DNA of 64,000 bases, taken from the NCBI GenBank assembly GCA_964510435.1, contig CAZEBU010000001.1, forward strand, positions 234,503-298,502, given 5' to 3'. A program made the translations under genes and the position numbers. Position 1 is the first letter of the stretch. Each line of letters starts with the position of its first letter. Positions 59,011 through 64,000 of this stretch are shown piece after piece. The notes under the pieces are model-generated. The model saw only the letters and a list, made by a program, of their open reading frames with translations, had not been told where the DNA came from and did no database searches. Source of the DNA: an uncultured Candidatus Saccharibacteria bacterium. GTDB lineage: Bacteria > Patescibacteriota > WWE3 > UBA101185 > UBA10185.

Positions 59011-59052
59011 AAAGACCAATATATAGTAATGGATAAAGGTGCTGGAAACCAT

Positions 59053-59493
59053 TTAGAGAGGAAGCTGGTTTTTAGAACCTTTGTCTGCTCGCATTGCATA
59101 ACCCATACCACCTTCCCAAGCACTTACGAAGAGAGGAATAAGGGTGATGATCATCTTGGTAGCTAAATGCAGGAGCTCAATTTCATCTGATTCACTTTCT
59201 ATGGTAATTGTTTCGCCAAGAAAAGGATCTATAGACACTATCCCACACAGCTTTGTGCAGGCCAAACCTGCTGAGATGATTAGAGTTTCTCCTGAAAGCA
59301 ATTCCAATTTTTGGAACTGTTCAAATAGAGAGTGTGTCCACTGATCATAATAATCTTCTAGGCTACCATCCTCTATTTGAGTGAGATACATTTCATCAAT
59401 CCTTGAATCCTCAATCTTTTTATACTCCTCATAACGCACAAAACGCAGTATCACTCCCACAGAGTGATTACATTCTTCGATTGATGTGCTCAT
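59053..59493 (-). CDS. Hypothetical protein (orphan unit)
   Basis: 146 aa; AAAGGGA SD-like; promoter listed separately. Confidence 0.68.
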   Translation of the reverse strand: MSTSIEECNHSVGVILRFVRYEEYKKIEDSRIDEMYLTQIEDGSLEDYYDQWTHSLFEQFQKLELLSGETLIISAGLACTKLCGIVSIDPFLGETITIESESDEIELLHLATKMIITLIPLFVSAWEGGMGYAMRADKGSKNQLPL

Positions 59494-59544
59494 TTCATCA
59501 TTCCCTTTCTGTTTGCTTGGTCTAATTATTTGATGTCACTGATT

Positions 59545-59582
59545 ATTATAAGGCAGGGTGAAAAACCAGTCAACACTATAGG
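59545..59582 (-). promoter_or_regulatory. Promoter with CCTATAG box 2 nt upstream of -35
   Basis: minus strand CCTATAG-tg-TTGACT-17-TATAAT; 14 bp identical to 55979-55992. Confidence 0.78.
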
Positions 59583-59651
59583 GCTCTTGCGTAATTACTC
59601 ATACAGAACTTTATCCGAGATCTACTAGAATTTTTAGTATAATTTAAATAA

Positions 59652-60011
59652 ATGGACAACATTATTAAAGTATTGAAAGTTATCTTCTTGATTGTTGGTG
59701 TTATTGTTGGTTTAGCAGCTTTGTTTCTTATTTATTTTGTGTTTATGGGGATTAAATCTGGCGATTTGGCTGGTTATGTACAAAAAACTGCTATAGAAAA
59801 TGTGGTCGATGAGAATAATCTTAGTCCCGTTCAAAAACAAATGCTTGAGTCAGGTGATATAGATGGCTTGGTTGAGGATTTACAAGAAAATGTAACTCAA
59901 GAGCAAATTGATTGTGCTACGCGAGCTGTAGGGGAGAAAAGAGCTCGAGAATTGATGGTAACCCAGGATCCTTCCCCTCAAGAACTTTTGATTCTTTCCA
60001 AATGTTTATAG
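59652..60011 (+). CDS. Single-TM hypothetical protein
   Basis: N-terminal TM, Cys pair; leaderless TATAAT. Confidence 0.7.
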   Translation: MDNIIKVLKVIFLIVGVIVGLAALFLIYFVFMGIKSGDLAGYVQKTAIENVVDENNLSPVQKQMLESGDIDGLVEDLQENVTQEQIDCATRAVGEKRARELMVTQDPSPQELLILSKCL

Positions 60012-60108
60012 TCTGAAGATGTTATAGCAGAAAAATCACTGGCTCCCCGTAATAGAAGAAATCAGGACCTGTGTTGTTCAAGGGGGGCGGTAGGGAACTT
60101 TTCAATGT

Positions 60109-60753
60109 CTATGTTTGCCACTTTTTTGGATCTACAGGGGGCTTTTTTTCTTTGTTGTAGTATTCAAATTGCTTCTTATTTAGTGGGTACCATTCGTCAT
60201 GAGGGTATCGTCTGAAAAATTGCGCAATGCTCTCCCTAAAGTGTTCTGTGGCCTCGTCATTTAGTTCACCTTTTCTCAACTTAACTATATTTTTTTCTAA
60301 AAGTGAGCGTCTAATTTGGATAACCATGTGAAAGTTTACTGCCATGTTTTTTGTAAATCCCAAAGTATCATCTTCTGGTAGGTAGAACCATTTAGAATTT
60401 GCTTTAGATTCTTGTGTAATCATATTAACCCACCATTTAGTTATGTTGGCTTTCTTGTCGTGCGAGGGTTTTTGTCCTACAACCTCTATGAAATCGTTTA
60501 TAACGAAAAGAGAAAGTATAGGTACCCGAGAAGCATCACAGTTTTGAGATGCAACTATTGCCCATGTTGCAGTAACAGGTACTAATACAGTATGGTCTAC
60601 TGTATGATTCAAATCTACCCATTTACTTTCTACTGCCCCTCCATCTTCTTTTATAACAGGTAATCTTTCAGTATCTACTGTAGGATAAGGTACTGGATAG
60701 AAAATATCCCCTTGTTCTATTGGTTTATCATTTTCGGGGAACTCATAAATCAT
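60109..60753 (-). CDS. QGD...SQxCD protein (PemK/MazF-like fold suspected)
   Basis: IEQGDIF, AIVASQNCD, WFYLP, last gene of coupled operon. Confidence 0.65.
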   Translation of the reverse strand: MIYEFPENDKPIEQGDIFYPVPYPTVDTERLPVIKEDGGAVESKWVDLNHTVDHTVLVPVTATWAIVASQNCDASRVPILSLFVINDFIEVVGQKPSHDKKANITKWWVNMITQESKANSKWFYLPEDDTLGFTKNMAVNFHMVIQIRRSLLEKNIVKLRKGELNDEATEHFRESIAQFFRRYPHDEWYPLNKKQFEYYNKEKKPPVDPKKWQT

Positions 60754-61285
60754 CGATATCTGGACTTAAATAATTTTCAAATTCAGCTTCATTTTTAACA
60801 TAATCCTGCCACTCTCTTTTTAGTTCGTGAAGCGATTCCATTGCAATCTTATATGCTTCCTTTGTTGTGACAGCTTTTCCAGTTTGTTTTAACACCGACG
60901 GACTGACTGATGGTGAAACTGATGCCCGCTCTAATGTATCAACCACATAATAACTTTCAGCATTTGCTGATGGTGAAACTGATGCAGAAGGAGAGACAGC
61001 CACACTTTCTGAAATATCCAATGCCGATAGTGTTGGGCCGGTACTAACCAACGAAGGACCAAAACCTTTTAATGAAGATAAACCAAATGTTATACGCCTT
61101 GTTTTAGGAATGTATGCTAATTCGCTGGTTGTTGCAAGTGCTGCGTTTGGGTATTGAGTATCTCTAATCGATTGCAAAGTATCGGGGAATGTCTCCCAGG
61201 AGCCTGCACGGGCATAATTTTCAGGTATTTGATCTGTCTCTGTTAGTATTGCTGTGCCTACTCTGGGTTTAGTTTTAACTCTCAT
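60743..61285 (-). CDS. Low-complexity hypothetical protein with SVSPS repeats
   Basis: Overlaps both neighbours; 19-bp direct repeat at 60907-60925 and 60967-60985. Confidence 0.68.
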   Translation of the reverse strand: MRVKTKPRVGTAILTETDQIPENYARAGSWETFPDTLQSIRDTQYPNAALATTSELAYIPKTRRITFGLSSLKGFGPSLVSTGPTLSALDISESVAVSPSASVSPSANAESYYVVDTLERASVSPSVSPSVLKQTGKAVTTKEAYKIAMESLHELKREWQDYVKNEAEFENYLSPDIDDL

Positions 61286-62070
61286 AGTTCAACTCCAATC
61301 AACGATTTGTAACACTCTGTGGCGACATTGTTGGCATCATCTAACCAACTGTTAAAGGAATCTATATCCAAAGGTCCACCTATTTCTTTATTAATCACTA
61401 TGTCCCATATCAATGCAGGTTTACCTGATTTTCGACCTTTCTTGATGGATGTTTTTAAACTTGTACCATCCTTTATTAAGGGGTACCCAAATCCAAACTC
61501 AAAACCATTTGGATTGCTGCCAAAAACTTTTTCGTCATGAAGTTGCTCTGGTAAGTTAATGTCGATGTCCATGGTTTTGTTTAGAAAACTAAAAACATTC
61601 TTTTGTTCAAAATTGAATGGAAATGCGTTTATATATCTGATCGTGATATTTGCTATTTTGAGCTGTGAAGTATCAGGATGGATTTGAAGAAACTTTTCAT
61701 ATCCATCTGTTATTCCCTTTCTAAATGTTGCCCACTTGTAAGAATCCCCTTCATTGTAAGTAAATAAACCAGGACCCAATTGAACCAATGGCCACCCATT
61801 CTTTACTTTTCTCCACCTGTATTGAACGAATCCTGCAACAACGCTTTCAGGGGCAGATGCAGCCATTTGGGGTTCATCTACAGGGTAATCCTTTTTAAAC
61901 GCATCAAATGCTCTGCCAACAAGTATCCTGTAATGTGGATCCACGAACATACCAGATTGGTCTCCTGTTTTTGATTGCCATCTTATCTCTGCGATCGCTT
62001 CTATTAGTGGGCGTTTTTTATTTTTGGCAGGAGGATTTTTTTTAGCTTTATTCATATCTGCCATATACAA
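61282..62070 (-). CDS. TIGR04255 family protein
   Basis: PLIEAIAEIRW, LVQLGPGLFTYN, YKWATF, IRYINAF, WDI. Confidence 0.85.
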   Translation of the reverse strand: MYMADMNKAKKNPPAKNKKRPLIEAIAEIRWQSKTGDQSGMFVDPHYRILVGRAFDAFKKDYPVDEPQMAASAPESVVAGFVQYRWRKVKNGWPLVQLGPGLFTYNEGDSYKWATFRKGITDGYEKFLQIHPDTSQLKIANITIRYINAFPFNFEQKNVFSFLNKTMDIDINLPEQLHDEKVFGSNPNGFEFGFGYPLIKDGTSLKTSIKKGRKSGKPALIWDIVINKEIGGPLDIDSFNSWLDDANNVATECYKSLIGVEL

Positions 62071-62212
62071 TTCATATTATACACAATGGAACAATTAGGA
62101 ATAAACATATTTGGTGCTTTAACCTTTATAGAGGTTAAAACCAGAGATTTAGTATTCTGGTTTTTCCCACCAAATCCTAATGATTTCGGCAATTTTATGT
62201 TATGAATAATGT

Positions 62213-62815
62213 ATGGGAAGATACTATTTTTCTACAAAACAAGAGGCTGATAGTTTGAAAAAGATAGAGATAAGTTGGTTGAGAAAACTCGGCTTCTTAA
62301 GCGGTTGGAATGAGGGCACTATTAGGTGGACAAAAAATGGAATAGAAACAGGTAACGCCGGGGTGCAGGTAGTTACCCATACCGAGGGAAAAGAGCATGT
62401 AAGATTTCTATATAACTTAACTGACTCAAGTGGAGAACAGTCGTCTTATGACTATAAACACCGATTAACAACAACGTCTTGTAATTACGGAGGAGCCAGG
62501 TACTGGTTTATATGTGGTTTGTATACCAATGGTAAATACTGTGGAAGACGTGTCGGCGTTTTGTATATGGGTGAAAAGTACTTTGGCTGCAGGCATTGTT
62601 TGAATCTTACATACAGTTCTCGTAACGAAAATAGAAGAAGTGAGTTTTACCCATTAGTAAGGAATAGGAAACAACGTGAAAGAGCGGATAAAATAAGAAT
62701 TAAGTACTATAAGGGAAACCTCACTAAAAGGTATCGGCGGTTGCTCGATAAGGGAGGTTTTTTAAGTGAAGAAAGCGAGTACCAAATGTTTCGGGAACTT
62801 GTAACTAGGCTCTGA
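62213..62815 (+). CDS. Cys-rich zinc-binding protein typical of integrative elements
   Basis: CNYGGARYWFIC, CGRRVGVLY, FGCRHCLNLTYSS. Confidence 0.78.
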   Translation: MGRYYFSTKQEADSLKKIEISWLRKLGFLSGWNEGTIRWTKNGIETGNAGVQVVTHTEGKEHVRFLYNLTDSSGEQSSYDYKHRLTTTSCNYGGARYWFICGLYTNGKYCGRRVGVLYMGEKYFGCRHCLNLTYSSRNENRRSEFYPLVRNRKQRERADKIRIKYYKGNLTKRYRRLLDKGGFLSEESEYQMFRELVTRL

Positions 62816-62823
62816 CAGTCATA

Positions 62824-63780
62824 TTACTTGCTATTCTGCTCCTGTGACTCTTGTATCTTTTTCTGGGACTTTTCCATGGCCTTTCGGTACTTCTGAACCG
62901 CCGCCCAGGCTTCCTTCGACACCTGTTCCGTGGACTTGCCCCTTGTCGATATTAATGCTACTAATCGCTTCATTGGCGTATTCTGGTTTTTCTTATTCGG
63001 TTCATAATTAGGTAAAAACACCACCTCTGATTTTTGGTCCTTCTTTTCTGTATCTAGGGATTTTTCTACAGACTCCTGGACTTCCTTTTTCAATTGCTCT
63101 GGAGATTTATTCTCTGCTTTATTTGATTCATATTTAGGAAAAAAAGCTACATTTGCTTTTACTGCCTTCTGATCCGGTGACGGGTGTTTGGGATAAGAGA
63201 TGCCAAGGGTAGATTTGTACCATTGAAAATCAAACTCCTTTCCCAGAAATAAGTAGTTTAATGCTTCACGAATTATATTAAGGATAATAAATGCGCCACC
63301 AATTACGAGTACAAGCCATAGTAACGAGTCATCCCAGCTTCCTTGTATTTTTTCAACTATGTTAATACTAAATTTATAAGAATAGTCACCTTTTGCTGCC
63401 ATAGATTCTACTGTTGGTTTTTCGATTCCATAATTAGGTAGTTCATCGTACTTGGCGACAATTTGCCAATCTGAATTTGGGTTTTCGTTTTCCAAGTAAT
63501 AGGTTTTATTTTTCAAGCAAAACTCATTTCCCTTATCAAAATCATAGTTACCTAATGGTATTTCGTCTAATGATCCGTACATTTGCACAGTTGCAAGAGA
63601 ATAACTTTTACCATTTGTGACACACGTTATTGTGCTTTTCTCTCTATCAACTGTAGGTATAGGACGAGATTCCCATGCACCAAGCACTGCTATTAGAATT
63701 GCCGTTAAGAGAAATAGATAATAAGCAACCTTAACCAATCTATAAAGAAACCTATTTTCATAATCATTATTTATATTCAT
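62824..63780 (-). CDS. Two-TM hypothetical protein with duplicated C-terminal motif
   Basis: Start probably MNINND (63780); FFPKYESNK / FLPNYEPNK. Confidence 0.68.
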   Translation of the reverse strand: MNINNDYENRFLYRLVKVAYYLFLLTAILIAVLGAWESRPIPTVDREKSTITCVTNGKSYSLATVQMYGSLDEIPLGNYDFDKGNEFCLKNKTYYLENENPNSDWQIVAKYDELPNYGIEKPTVESMAAKGDYSYKFSINIVEKIQGSWDDSLLWLVLVIGGAFIILNIIREALNYLFLGKEFDFQWYKSTLGISYPKHPSPDQKAVKANVAFFPKYESNKAENKSPEQLKKEVQESVEKSLDTEKKDQKSEVVFLPNYEPNKKNQNTPMKRLVALISTRGKSTEQVSKEAWAAVQKYRKAMEKSQKKIQESQEQNSK

Positions 63781-63789
63781 AAGAACAAA

Positions 63790-63903
63790 GAAGGGATACC
63801 CCTCTGTAACCATCAACCGCTAAGCATCCAGTCCTAGGAGGGATACCCCTTCCGGGGGACTGAATACTCGCCTGATAGGCGTAATAATTAGCGGTTGATG
63901 ATT
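63790..63903 (-). ncRNA. Candidate structured leader RNA
   Basis: 13-bp closing stem 63811-63823/63888-63900, inner stems, 12-bp direct repeat, TATAAT just upstream. Confidence 0.55.
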
Positions 63904-64000
63904 TGTAGCATTATAATATAGCAAGGTAAGATATTAGTAAATCTATATAAGTATGAAAAATGAAAATGAAATAATAAATCCTCCCGACCCACGGGATTTT

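Larger units (their letters stand above)
60040..64000. mobile_element. Left end of a putative tRNA-targeted integrative element
   Basis: TGGCTCCCC core reading WLPVIEEIRT; island-type cargo; integrase not in window. Confidence 0.55.

Noticed and set aside
58840-59166. ORFs 58840-59052 (-) and 58948-59166 (+)
   Set aside because: They span the conserved terminator and att-like core; no SD or family signal.
123-64000. Alternative genetic code (UGA=Gly)
   Set aside because: Conserved genes are full-length under code 11, and valS and dnaG end in TGA.

Overview
Chromosomal window from a small-genome bacterium. The gene content (ValRS lacking the C-terminal coiled coil, VirB2-like pilin cluster, SpoIID-coiled-coil hydrolase, DUF5657, tRNA-Arg(GCG), mostly leaderless genes) points to Patescibacteria/CPR, Microgenomates/WWE3-like; this is inference. 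It holds housekeeping genes (valS, rplY, smpB-ssrA, comF, five tRNAs, dnaG-rpoD, pgi, manC, FBP aldolase/phosphatase), a pilin/VirB6/giant secreted protein locus (6-19 kb), surface glycosylation genes, an ArmA/Rmt-like 16S methyltransferase and an S41 protease with a J-domain-like insert. An accessory zone runs from about 45 to 64 kb. The strongest unexplained signal: about 11 unrelated orphan genes are built as stand-alone units (sigma70 promoter with 17-bp spacer, Shine-Dalgarno, large-loop terminator ending TTCTTTTTT) and share a positioned CCYRTAG box, exactly 2 nt upstream of the -35 in five promoters. Several also share homologous 3' hairpins. At the right end, duplicated tRNA-3'-end-like att cores (TGGCTCCCC) border an island carrying a TIGR04255 three-gene operon and a structured leader RNA. 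All family calls come from visual motif recognition, not database searches.
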